A stretch of 64,000 nt of DNA. Source: Myxococcota bacterium. Lineage in GTDB: Bacteria; Myxococcota_A; UBA796; CAJQPC01. The notes beneath the pieces were generated by a model. The model was given only the letters and a program-made list of their open reading frames with translations, did no database searches and was not told where the DNA came from. Shown here piece by piece: positions 26,793-36,222 of the stretch. A program made the position numbers and the translations under genes. The stretch's first letter is position 1. Every line of letters starts with the position of its first letter. The DNA lies in the NCBI GenBank assembly GCA_036012755.1, contig DASCPX010000179.1, forward strand, positions 1-64,000, given 5' to 3'.

Positions 26793-27075
26793 CTTGATCC
26801 CGCAGCAACAGCTGCGGGATTTCATCGCGCCCGCTGGGCGTGATGAATCGGGGAGACTGGATTCGAATAGAGGGAGGCGGCGGCGCAGCAGCCGCGAGAC
26901 GTCCTGGAAGGACGGCGCAGCCGACCGAACGGCCCGCAGGGAGGCGTCCCGGACGGACGACGACAGGAGGGCGAATCCTGTTTCCCCGACTTGATCCCGC
27001 AGCAACAGCTGCGGGATTTCATCGCGCCCGCTGGGCGTGATGAATCGGGGAGACTGGATTCGAATAGAGGGAGGC
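26775..27075 (+). repeat. Two identical 104-bp tRNA-linked palindromic repeats
   Basis: 26775-26878 equals 26972-27075. Confidence 0.92.
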
Positions 27076-27288
27076 ATCGGCCTGCGACTCGGAGCTGCTG
27101 CGAGAGCTCCAGGCGGACCGCGAGGAGCTCGCCCTCGCCTTCATGGACGCCCGCGTCCTGATGGAGGCGGCTGTGGTGGAGGAGTCAGGCGGCAAGGGAG
27201 CGGGACCAGATCGCTTCTCCGAGGCCCACGAGCGCCTCTGCGCGGGGCTGGCGGCGGCGGGCCAGGCTGGCGACGAGGGGCTCTGTCC

Positions 27289-28518
27289 CTAGAGGACCAG
27301 CCTCTCCACCCGCTCCAACAGGCCCGCCAGGTGGCGAGTGAAGCGCACCGCCGCGGCGCCGTCGATGACCCGGTGGTCGTAGGACAGTGACAGCGGCAGC
27401 ATCGTCCGCGGCTGGAAGGCCTGGCCGTCCCAGACCGGCTTCACCGCGGCCCGCGAGACCCCTAGGATGGCCACCTCAGGGGCGTTGATCACAGGCGAGA
27501 AGCCCGTGCCCCCGATGGAGCCGAGGCTGGAGATCGTGAAGGTGCCGCCCCGGAGGTCCTCTGGAGCCAGGCCGCCCGCGCGCGCCTTGGCGCCGAGCTC
27601 GCCCAGCTCGAGGGCGATGTCCCGGAGTGACTTCTGGTCCACGTCGCGGATGACGGGCACGACGAGCCCGTCGGGGGTGTCCACCGCGAAGCCGATGTGG
27701 AAGTACTTCTTGAGCACGACGCGGTCGTCGAAGGTGAGGAAGGCGTTGAAGCGAGGGAACTCCTTCAGCGTCCGCGCCACGGCCCGGATCAGGAAGGACA
27801 GCGGCGTGAGCTTCGCCCCGTGGGCCTGCGCGTCGGTCTTCAGGGCCCTGCGCACCGTCTCCAGATCGGTGATGTCTACCTCGTCGTGCTGGGTGACGTG
27901 CGGGATGTTCACCCATGCCGCGTGCAGCCGCTGGCCGGCGATCCTCTGGATCCGGGACAGGGGCTCCACCTCGATGGGGCCGAAGCGAGAGAAGTCCACC
28001 GCGGGCAGCTGCGGCAGGGCCCCTCCGGTCCCACCACCCCTCATGACCGACTTGACGTGGGCCGCTACGTCCGCTCGCGTGATCCGGCCACGCACGCCGC
28101 CTCCCCGGACCTCTCCGAGATCGACGCCGAGCTGTCGGGCGAAGAGCCGCACCGAGGGGGCTGCAGGCGCTCGTTGGTGCCGGGCTGCAGGGCTTGGGTC
28201 AGCAGGTGGAGCCTCGGGAATCGGCTCGGTGACCTCGGAGGAAGCCAGCTCCGGCGGGGGCGCATCGACCACAGGCACAGCGAGCTCCAAGAGCGCCACG
28301 AGGTCTCCCTTCGAGACACGGTCGCCGACGCTCACCTCCAGCGCGCGGACGACCCCGGGGAAGGGACTCGGGACCTCCAGCGCCGCCTTGTCGGCCTCCA
28401 CCGTGATCAGTCCCTGCTCCGCGGTGACCGCATCGCCTTCTCGGACGAGGACCTCGATGACCTCGACGTCAGCGAGGTCGCCGAGGTCGGGGAGGTGGAT
28501 CTCCGTGGGCTGGCTCAT
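27289..28518 (-). CDS. aceF: Pyruvate dehydrogenase E2 (one lipoyl domain)
   Basis: VEADKAALEVP lipoyl motif, AAPSVR..AR, IPHVTQHDE, LSYDHRVIDGA. Confidence 0.93.
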   Translation of the reverse strand: MSQPTEIHLPDLGDLADVEVIEVLVREGDAVTAEQGLITVEADKAALEVPSPFPGVVRALEVSVGDRVSKGDLVALLELAVPVVDAPPPELASSEVTEPIPEAPPADPSPAARHQRAPAAPSVRLFARQLGVDLGEVRGGGVRGRITRADVAAHVKSVMRGGGTGGALPQLPAVDFSRFGPIEVEPLSRIQRIAGQRLHAAWVNIPHVTQHDEVDITDLETVRRALKTDAQAHGAKLTPLSFLIRAVARTLKEFPRFNAFLTFDDRVVLKKYFHIGFAVDTPDGLVVPVIRDVDQKSLRDIALELGELGAKARAGGLAPEDLRGGTFTISSLGSIGGTGFSPVINAPEVAILGVSRAAVKPVWDGQAFQPRTMLPLSLSYDHRVIDGAAAVRFTRHLAGLLERVERLVL

Positions 28519-28525
28519 CGTCTCC

Positions 28526-31183
28526 TCAGAGGGTGGAGGGATCCGCCCGGTCCGGGTCGCATCCGGACCTCGCGATGGCGTCACGGACGACGCTCGCGTC
28601 GAGCCGGCCCTCGGCTTCGAGAGCAGAGAGCGCCGCGACGACGAAGGCATCGCGCCCGACCTCGAAGAAGCTGCGGAGCTTCTCTCGAGCATCGCTCCGT
28701 CCGTAGCCGTCGGTCCCCAGAACGGTGTAGCGGCCGGGAACCCAGGGTCGGATCTGCTCGGCGAAGGCGGCGACGTAGTCGGTGGCGGCCACGAAGGGAC
28801 CCTCGATGCCCTCGAAGCAGGCGGTGATCCACGGCACCTTGGGGTCTTCTCCGGGGTGGAGCCGGTTCCAGCGATCACAGCTCCGTCCCTCTCGCGCGAG
28901 CAGGGTGAAGCTGGGGGCGCTCCACACATCCGCCGCCACGCCGTAGCTCTGGAGCATCTCCGCGGCAGCGATGGCCTCGCGCAGGATCGCGCCGGAGCCG
29001 AGGAGCTGCACCCGCGGTCCCGACACGCCAGCGCTCTTCTCGAGCGCGTACAGCCCCCGGAGGATGCCCTCCTCCGCGCCCTCGGGGAGCGCCGGGTGGG
29101 CGTAGTTCTCGTTCATGCAGGTGACGTAGTAGTAGACGTCCTGCCGATCGACGTACATCCGCCGGAGCCCGTCGTGGATGATCACGGCCAGCTCGTAGGC
29201 GAAGGTCGGATCATAGGGACGGCAGCTGGGATGCGCGGCCGCCAGCACGTGGCTCTGCCCGTCTCCGTGCTGGAGACCCTCTCCGTTGAGCGTCGTCCGG
29301 CCGCTGGTGCACCCGATCAAGAAACCGCGCGCGCGAATGTCACCTGCCGCCCAGCAGAGGTCGCCGACACGCTGGAAGCCGAACATCGAGTAGAAGGCGT
29401 AGAAGGGGATCATCGCCAGGCCGGAGCTGGCGTAGCTCGTGCCCGCAGCGATCCACGAGCACATCGCGCCGGCTTCGTTGATGCCCTCTTCCAGGATCTG
29501 GCCGTCGGTCGCCTCCCGGTAGAAGGCGAGCTGGTCGCGGTCCTGGGGCTCGTAGTTCTGCCCGCAGCTGGAGTAGATGCCGAGCTGCCGGAACATCCCC
29601 TCCATGCCGAAGGTACGGGCCTCGTCCGGGATGATGGGGACGATCCGCTCTCCGATGTTCCGGTCACGGGCGAGCACTCGGAGGAGGCGGACGAAAGCCA
29701 TCGTCGTCGAGAACTCGCGCTCGCCCGAGTCCTCCAACAGGGCAGCGAAAGCCTCCAGCGGGGGGACCTCGAGCGGCGGCGCGGTGTCGAGGCGCTGTGG
29801 AAGGTAGCCACCAAGGGCCTCGCGGCGCTCTCGGAGGTAGAGCATCTCCGGCGAGTCCGCTGGTGGCTCGTACAGCGGCACCTGGCTGATGTCCTCGTCC
29901 GGGATCGGGATGTTGTAGCGGCTGCGGAAGGCCTTCAGCCCGTCCTCGTCCAGCTTCTTCATCTGGTGCGCGCCCATCACGCCCTGGCTGGAAGCACCCA
30001 GGCCGTAGCCCTTGATGGTCTTGGCGAGGATGACGGTCGGCCGGCCCACCGAGCGAGTCACCGCCCGGTGGTAGGCGGCGTAGACCTTGCGGTGGTCGTG
30101 GCCTCCGCGGTTGAGGCGCCAGACCTCCTCGTCGCTCATGTTGGCGACGAGCTCCATGAGCTCCGGGTGCCTGCCGAAGAAGTGCTCGCGCACGAAGGCG
30201 CCGTCGTTGGCCTTGTAGGCCTGGTACTCGCCGTCGACACACTCGTTCATCAGCCGGACGAGCAAGCCCTCCCGGTCCCGAGCCAACAGCGGATCCCAGC
30301 GCGAGCCCCAGACGACCTTGATCACATTCCAGCCGTTGCCACGGAAGTCGGCCTCGAGCTCCTGGATGATCTTGCCCGTGCCTCGAACAGGCCCGTCGAG
30401 CCGCTGCAGGTTGCAGTTGATCACGAAGACGAGGTTGTCGAGGCCCTCTCGAGCGGCCAGCGAGATCGCCGCCATCGACTCCGGCTCGTCCATCTCGCCG
30501 TCCCCGAGGAAGGCCCACACCTTGCGGTCGGTGGGCTCGGCGAGGCCGCGGTTCTCGAGGTAACGAAGGAAGCGCGCGAGGTAGATCGCCATCAACGGGC
30601 CCAGGCCCATCGAGACAGTAGGGAACTGCCAGTACTCCGGCATCAGCCAGGGATGCGGGTAGGAGGAGAGCCCCTCCAGGTCCACCTCCTCCCTGAAGGC
30701 GAGCAGCTGCTTTCGGGTGAGGCGGCCCTCCAGGAAGGAGCGAGCGTAGATCCCGGGGGACGAATGGCCCTGGATGAAGACGAGGTCCCCAGGGTGCGCC
30801 TCCGAGGGCGCGCGCCAGAAGTGGTTGAAGCCGACCTCGTAGAGCACGGCGGCGGACTGGTAGGTGGCGATGTGTCCGCCGAGGTGGGTGCCCTTGGCGT
30901 TGGCGTGGACCACCATCGCCATGGCGTTCCACCTGATGTAGGCCTCGATCCGCTTCTCCAGCGAGCGATCCCCCGGGTAGCGCGGCTCCCGGCCGGGGAG
31001 GATCGTGTTCACGTAGGCCGTGGTCGCGCGGTACGGAAGGTGCGCTCCACGGCGTCGAGCGCGGTCGATCAGCTGGTCGAGCAGGTAGTGGGCGCGCGCT
31101 GGTCCGTGGAGCTCGATCACCGCCTCCAGCGAGTCGAGCCAGTCTCGGGTCTCCTCCGGATCGATGTCAGCGCGGTCGTTCAC
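28526..31183 (-). CDS. aceE: Pyruvate dehydrogenase E1, homodimeric type
   Basis: DIDPEETRDWL, GGHIATYQS, FPTVSMGLGP, GDGEMDEPES, YSMFGFQR, GEGLQH. Confidence 0.97.
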   Translation of the reverse strand: MNDRADIDPEETRDWLDSLEAVIELHGPARAHYLLDQLIDRARRRGAHLPYRATTAYVNTILPGREPRYPGDRSLEKRIEAYIRWNAMAMVVHANAKGTHLGGHIATYQSAAVLYEVGFNHFWRAPSEAHPGDLVFIQGHSSPGIYARSFLEGRLTRKQLLAFREEVDLEGLSSYPHPWLMPEYWQFPTVSMGLGPLMAIYLARFLRYLENRGLAEPTDRKVWAFLGDGEMDEPESMAAISLAAREGLDNLVFVINCNLQRLDGPVRGTGKIIQELEADFRGNGWNVIKVVWGSRWDPLLARDREGLLVRLMNECVDGEYQAYKANDGAFVREHFFGRHPELMELVANMSDEEVWRLNRGGHDHRKVYAAYHRAVTRSVGRPTVILAKTIKGYGLGASSQGVMGAHQMKKLDEDGLKAFRSRYNIPIPDEDISQVPLYEPPADSPEMLYLRERREALGGYLPQRLDTAPPLEVPPLEAFAALLEDSGEREFSTTMAFVRLLRVLARDRNIGERIVPIIPDEARTFGMEGMFRQLGIYSSCGQNYEPQDRDQLAFYREATDGQILEEGINEAGAMCSWIAAGTSYASSGLAMIPFYAFYSMFGFQRVGDLCWAAGDIRARGFLIGCTSGRTTLNGEGLQHGDGQSHVLAAAHPSCRPYDPTFAYELAVIIHDGLRRMYVDRQDVYYYVTCMNENYAHPALPEGAEEGILRGLYALEKSAGVSGPRVQLLGSGAILREAIAAAEMLQSYGVAADVWSAPSFTLLAREGRSCDRWNRLHPGEDPKVPWITACFEGIEGPFVAATDYVAAFAEQIRPWVPGRYTVLGTDGYGRSDAREKLRSFFEVGRDAFVVAALSALEAEGRLDASVVRDAIARSGCDPDRADPSTL

Positions 31184-31199
31184 GTCTTCGCAGTGGGTG

Positions 31200-31979
31200 T
31201 CATCGGACAGTCCACGTGGTCCCCGCGCTCAGCAGGTCCTGGAGCGACCCCTCCCGCCCACGCGCCGTGCCCGCCACCAGCTCGTCATAGGTGTCGAGGC
31301 GCTCTCTGAAGAACACCCCCATCGGGACCGGGAAGCCCTCCGCCGGGTCCATGCGTGACAGGGCCTGGGCCAGGGCCAGGCTGCCCTCGTCGTGGACCAG
31401 GCAGCGATCGGGCTCCGACTCGAGCTCGATGACCTCCAGGTCGAGGCCCTTGGCGGCGAGCCCCCAGCGCTTGCCCCAGGCCAGGGGCTCCCCGTGCTTC
31501 AGGTAGAGCACCCGTTGGTCTCGATGGCCGCGGGCGACAGTGCCGTCGAAGGCGCCGTCGTTGAAGATGTTGCAGTTCTGGTAGACCTCGACGAAAGACG
31601 TCCCGGCGTGCTCCTTGCCCTTCAGCAGTGTCTCCCTGAGGTGGGCGGTGAAGACCGCAGCCGAGCGGGCCACGAAGGTGCATCCCGAGCCCAGCGCGAG
31701 GCTGGCCGGATTGACCGGTCGATCAAGCGATCCGTGAGGTGATGACCTGGTCCTCTTGCCCAACTCGGAGGTCGGCGAGAACTGGCCCTTGGTCAGCCCG
31801 TAGACCCGGTTGTTGAACATCACCACGTTGACGTCGGGGTTCCGGCGGAACAGGTGGATGATGTGGTTGCCACCTATGGCCAGGGCGTCCCCAGAGTCGC
31901 CGGCGAAGCGGACGACCACTTGTTCGAAGTGTCTCTCGGACCTCTGCGGTCCAGTCTTCCGGGCTCGTTCGGCCGTCAT
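31200..31979 (-). pseudogene. korA'-'korB in-frame chimera (2-oxoacid:ferredoxin oxidoreductase remnant)
   Basis: Alpha-subunit start VVVRFAGDSGD joined directly to beta-subunit DALAIGGNH...NNRVYGLTKGQFSPTS. Confidence 0.85.
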
Positions 31980-32050
31980 GGTCTGCGTTGATCTCCGATT
32001 GTTGACTAAATAGTATTCGATGAGCTATGAAGCATCAACCCTGACCTGCT

Positions 32051-32350
32051 TTGAAGGCCGAATTCGACAGCGTCGACACCGACGTCCTCGGGATCTCCAA
32101 GGACTCGCTGTTGTCACATCACAGGTTCGTCGCCAGGCACGGGCTCACTACGCCTCTGCTCAGCGACCCGGACTTCGCGGTCCACGTGGCCTATGGCACG
32201 TGGGTGGAGAAGAAGAACTTCGGCGTCACCCACTGGGGCGCCCAGCGGACCACCTTCCTGATCGACGAGGACGGGGTCATCGAGCGCGTCTGGCGCAAGG
32301 TCCGCGTGAAGGGCCACGTCGACGAGGTGCTCGAGGCCGCCCGGAGCTAG
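32051..32350 (+). pseudogene. bcp: 5'-truncated BCP/PrxQ peroxiredoxin
   Basis: VLGISKD..SH..F, LLSDPD, RTTFLIDEDG, V.VKGH..EVL; peroxidatic Cys region absent; in-frame TGA at 32042. Confidence 0.8.
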
Positions 32351-32370
32351 AGCTAGGGCCAGGTGCCGCC

Positions 32371-32838
32371 CTACCGGCTCAGCTCGGGCAGGTTCTGGAG
32401 GTAGCGGCCGACGCGCCGCTGCAGCTGCGGCTCCGCTTGGAGGAGGTCCGCGAGGGTGCACTGGGCCAGGAAGGCGTGGACCATCTGGTCCACCCCCGAC
32501 CACAGGGCGCGAATGCTGCAGTCGCCGTCGTGAACGCAGCCGTCCTCCGCCGACCGCTTGCCCTCGCAGGGTGTGTTGAGGCGCTCATCCAGCGCTTCGA
32601 GCACATCGCTCAGCCTGATCTCCCCTGGCATCCCCACGAGGGTGTACCCGCCCTTCTGACCCCTGGTGCTCGAGACCAGCCCAGCCTCTCGCAAGAGCCG
32701 CATGAGCTTGCCGACGTAAGGCCGAGACAGGTTCTCCCGCTCGGCGATCGCAGCGATGGTCACGCAAGCCGATGGCTCGCACCGCGCCACCGCGAGCAGA
32801 CACCGGAGGCCGTATTCGTCCTGCGCCGTGAGCCTCAT
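32371..32838 (-). CDS. Rrf2 family transcriptional regulator with three candidate Fe-S Cys
   Basis: EYGLRCL, IAERENLS..YV.KL...L..AGLV.STRG..GGY; three C-terminal Cys. Confidence 0.92.
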   Translation of the reverse strand: MRLTAQDEYGLRCLLAVARCEPSACVTIAAIAERENLSRPYVGKLMRLLREAGLVSSTRGQKGGYTLVGMPGEIRLSDVLEALDERLNTPCEGKRSAEDGCVHDGDCSIRALWSGVDQMVHAFLAQCTLADLLQAEPQLQRRVGRYLQNLPELSR

Positions 32839-32986
32839 GGCGACAGGATGCTGAAACACCACCGAAAGGTCAACTTTCATGCTCGGCGCTGTCCGTCGGA
32901 TGACAATTTGCCCACATACGGACAACCTGGTCGGCCAAAGGACCGGCCACCCATAGGGTCGACAAACAGCCTCACGGAGAACCACC

Positions 32987-33562
32987 ATGATCTCGTCCCC
33001 CGAACTCCCCTACTCCCTCGACGCCCTCGAGCCCCACATCTCCAAGGAGACCCTCGAGTACCACTGGGGCAGGCACCACCGCGCCTACGCCCGCAAGCTC
33101 AACGCCCAGATCGAAGGGACCGCGTTCGCAGAGCTCGACCTGGAGGACATCGTCCACCAGGCCCAGGGCGGCATGTTCAACAACGCCGCCCAGGTGTGGA
33201 ACCACAGCTTCTACTGGGAGTGCATGAGCCCCAACGGCGGTGGAGCCCCGACCGGCGCGCTGGCAGAGGCCATCGACTCCGCCTTTGGCTCCTTCGAGGA
33301 GTTCAAGGCCGCCTTCACGAAGACGGCGCTGACCACCTTCGGCTCTGGCTGGGCCTGGCTCGTCCGGAACGACAGCGGCGAGCTCGCCCTCGTGAGCACC
33401 AGCAACGCCCGCACCCCCCTTTTCGACAGCGTCCCGCTCTTGACCTGCGATGTCTGGGAGCACGCCTACTACGTCGATCGTCGCAACGCGCGAGGCGCCT
33501 ACGTCGAGGCCTTCTGGAACCTGGTCGACTGGGACCGCGTCGCCGCCCGCTTCGGGGCCTGA
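32987..33562 (+). CDS. sodB: Fe superoxide dismutase
   Basis: [37 protein letters not shown]. Confidence 0.95.
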   Translation: MISSPELPYSLDALEPHISKETLEYHWGRHHRAYARKLNAQIEGTAFAELDLEDIVHQAQGGMFNNAAQVWNHSFYWECMSPNGGGAPTGALAEAIDSAFGSFEEFKAAFTKTALTTFGSGWAWLVRNDSGELALVSTSNARTPLFDSVPLLTCDVWEHAYYVDRRNARGAYVEAFWNLVDWDRVAARFGA

Positions 33563-33619
33563 GACCACCGGGCCAGCGCTGAAGCGGGTGCAGAATGGTC
33601 AGCGTCGACAGGAGCGACG

Positions 33620-35125
33620 TTGCTGGAGTCCCTGCTCCTACGAGTCACCAAAGCGAGCCGCCGTCACGCCTGGCTGGTCATCATCGGCTCGGTGGTCGCC
33701 TGCCTGTCGCTGGGCGCCCTGGTGACCACGGTGCCGATCAACCTGACCCTGCTGTCGATCATCGACAAGGACGATCCGGAGGTCGCGCACTTCTTCGAGG
33801 TCTCGGACTCGCTGAGGACCCTCCACCGGATGCTGCTGTTGGTGGAGGGACCGGAACAGCAGCTGGATCCTGCTCTCGAGGAGCTCGGCCCGGCGCTGGA
33901 GGAGCTGCCCGAGGTGGCCGAGGTGCGAGCGGAGCGGCCGCTGGACTGGCTGGAGGCGCGGGCCCCCTACCTCGTCGAGCGGAGGGTCTTCGACGACTGG
34001 GTGCGCGTGGCGCTCTCGCCCGGGGACGAGCAGTCGACCGAGCGTCTGAGGGCCGGTCTGGCCAGGGTCGCCGCTGTGGGGGTTCGCCACCCGGTGGCGG
34101 TCACGATCGTGGCCCTGGGCCTAGTGGTCGCCGCGCTCGCGGGGCTGCCCCGCTTCGAGCTCGAGACCGACCTCGAGAAGGTCTTCAGCCGAGACCTGCC
34201 GGCCCTGGAGACAGGCGACAGGATCAAGGAGATCTACGGCGTGGACACCCAGCCCTGGATCGTGATCACCGACACGCTGGACGAGGCCAGGGCGGTGACA
34301 GGGGCCCTCGAGGCGACGCCGACCTTCGGGACAGCCCACAGCGCCGCGACCCTGCTGCCCGACGATCTCACAGAGCGCCAGCGCATCCTCCGCCAGAGCC
34401 TCCCTGCGATGATCCAAGCGCAGACCGGCATCACCGGGGCGCTGGTCCAGGCCGCCCTGAAGGGAGCGCCCACCCCGGCGGATCTGCTCGAGTCCTTGAA
34501 GAGATCCCTGATGACCCCGGACGGCCGCTTCATCGTGCGGGCCTACGCGGCGGACCCCTCGCTGGACGGAAGGGACGCCAGGGACCGGCGCCTCGTCGCC
34601 CAGGCCATCGCTCCGGAAGCCACCGGCATGGGGGTCGTCCTGGAGCAGACCGCAGGGGGAGACCGGCCCTGGCTGAAGTGGGTCTTCGTCGCGATCCTGG
34701 GTTTCGTCCTCGCCGTGTTGGCGCTGGACCTACGGTCTGTGCGCTGGATGATCGTGGCGGTCTCGCCAGTGGTCTTCGGGACCATCTGCTGCGTCGGTGT
34801 CTTCTGCTGGGTGGGCATCCCCTTCAACGTCGACACCGTGCTGGTCATGCCGCTGTTGATCGGCCTTGGGGTGGACGACGGCATCCACGAGGTCCACAGG
34901 ATTCGGCAAATGGGGGGACCACCGGACAAAGCCGCCGTGTCCGTCGGCAGGGCGATCACGATGACCACGCTCACCACCATCGCGTCGGTGACCGCGTTCC
35001 TCTTCAGCGATCACAGGGGCCTGGAGTCCCTGGCCCTGGTGCTGATCATCGGCCTGCCGCTCTGCCTCGCCGCGACGCTCTTGCTGGTGCCCGCCCTGAC
35101 CCTGCTCACGAGGCCTCCGCGATGA
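33620..35125 (+). CDS. MMPL/RND family transporter, apparently internally deleted
   Basis: Two N-terminal-type TM starts but only one TM bundle (IGLGVDDGIH, GRAITMTTLTT); 501 aa. Confidence 0.7.
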   Translation: MLESLLLRVTKASRRHAWLVIIGSVVACLSLGALVTTVPINLTLLSIIDKDDPEVAHFFEVSDSLRTLHRMLLLVEGPEQQLDPALEELGPALEELPEVAEVRAERPLDWLEARAPYLVERRVFDDWVRVALSPGDEQSTERLRAGLARVAAVGVRHPVAVTIVALGLVVAALAGLPRFELETDLEKVFSRDLPALETGDRIKEIYGVDTQPWIVITDTLDEARAVTGALEATPTFGTAHSAATLLPDDLTERQRILRQSLPAMIQAQTGITGALVQAALKGAPTPADLLESLKRSLMTPDGRFIVRAYAADPSLDGRDARDRRLVAQAIAPEATGMGVVLEQTAGGDRPWLKWVFVAILGFVLAVLALDLRSVRWMIVAVSPVVFGTICCVGVFCWVGIPFNVDTVLVMPLLIGLGVDDGIHEVHRIRQMGGPPDKAAVSVGRAITMTTLTTIASVTAFLFSDHRGLESLALVLIIGLPLCLAATLLLVPALTLLTRPPR

Positions 35126-36150
35126 GGGCGGCGCTGCCAGCGCTGTGGTGCCTCCTGGCCGCCGTGCTGTTCGGCGGATCGACCCCGGCGACCAAGGCGC
35201 TGGTGGCGGAGTCCAGCCCGCTGGTGCTGGCCGGGCTCCTGTACCTGGGCGCCGCCGCGGCGGTCCTCCCCTTCTCTCTCCGAGGAGGCTCCAGCCGCTG
35301 GCGTGCCCCGCGGAACCTCGGTCGGCTCGGTGGGGCTGTGCTCTTCGGCGGCATCCTGGGCCCCGCGGCGCTGCTCTACGGCCTGTCCATGGCGCCGGCC
35401 GCCAGTGTCGCCCTCTGGCTGAACCTGGAGACCGTCGCCACGGCCGTGCTGGCCTGGGTCTTCTTCCGAGAGAACCTCGCGGCGCCCACCTGGCTGGCCA
35501 ACCTCGGCGTCGTCCTCGCAGGGGCCCTGTTGATCCTCCCGGACGGGGTCACCCTCGGTCCGGCTGCCGCCCTGTTGGCCCTGGCCTGCATCTGCTGGGG
35601 CCTGGACAACAACCTCACGGCCATCATCGACGGCTTCACGCCGGAGCAGTCGACCTTCGCCAAGGGGCTGGTGGCTGGGAGCTTCAACCTCGGGCTCGCG
35701 ATGCTGCTCGGCCACGATCTGCCAGGCTGGACCTCGCTGATCGCGACGCTGGCGGTGGGGGCGCTGGGCTACGGCGCCAGCATCGTGCTGTACATCCGGG
35801 GGGCCCAGCACCTCGGCGCGACGCGCTCGCAGATGCTCTTCGCCACCGCACCGGTCTTCGGTCTCGCCGGCGCCTGGCTGGTCCTCGGCGAGCCCATCGA
35901 GCTGGTCCAGATCGCCGCGGCGGCAGTGCTCGCGGTCGCCCTGGTCGTGATGCTGCGCGCTCGACACGCACACCGCCACACCCACGCCTCGACGGTGCAC
36001 ACCCACCTCCACAGGCACGACGACGGCCACCACGACCACGCCCACGAGGACTTCCCGGCGGAGGGCTGGCACACCCACGAGCACGAACACGGGCCCCTCG
36101 CTCACAGTCACCCCCACCAGCCGGACCTCCACCACCGCCACCATCACTGA
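35122..36150 (+). CDS. DMT/EamA transporter with His-rich C-terminal tail
   Basis: LFGGSTP..K, LAGLLYLG, WGLDNNLT, tail H.H.H..HPHQPDLHHRHHH. Confidence 0.9.
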   Translation: MRAALPALWCLLAAVLFGGSTPATKALVAESSPLVLAGLLYLGAAAAVLPFSLRGGSSRWRAPRNLGRLGGAVLFGGILGPAALLYGLSMAPAASVALWLNLETVATAVLAWVFFRENLAAPTWLANLGVVLAGALLILPDGVTLGPAAALLALACICWGLDNNLTAIIDGFTPEQSTFAKGLVAGSFNLGLAMLLGHDLPGWTSLIATLAVGALGYGASIVLYIRGAQHLGATRSQMLFATAPVFGLAGAWLVLGEPIELVQIAAAAVLAVALVVMLRARHAHRHTHASTVHTHLHRHDDGHHDHAHEDFPAEGWHTHEHEHGPLAHSHPHQPDLHHRHHH

Positions 36151-36222
36151 GGGCGGTCCGCTGAGGTCGCCTCAATTGTAGCGACTGGAATCGTGTTCGG
36201 CGTCGTTCTGTTATCGATGCGA

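Noticed and set aside
26972..26992. Prophage or ICE att site at tRNA-Pro
   Set aside because: The duplicate is only 197 bp away, is part of a longer palindromic repeat, and no integrase is present
27076..27291. Short coding-like stretch after the tRNA repeats
   Set aside because: No clear start or recognisable motif; at most a remnant
27467..31309. 1280-aa plus-strand ORF and other long antisense ORFs (e.g. 6123..7796, 36211..38601, 44243..46849, 59207..61849)
   Set aside because: Shadow frames opposite well-supported genes, expected in high-GC DNA; no motifs
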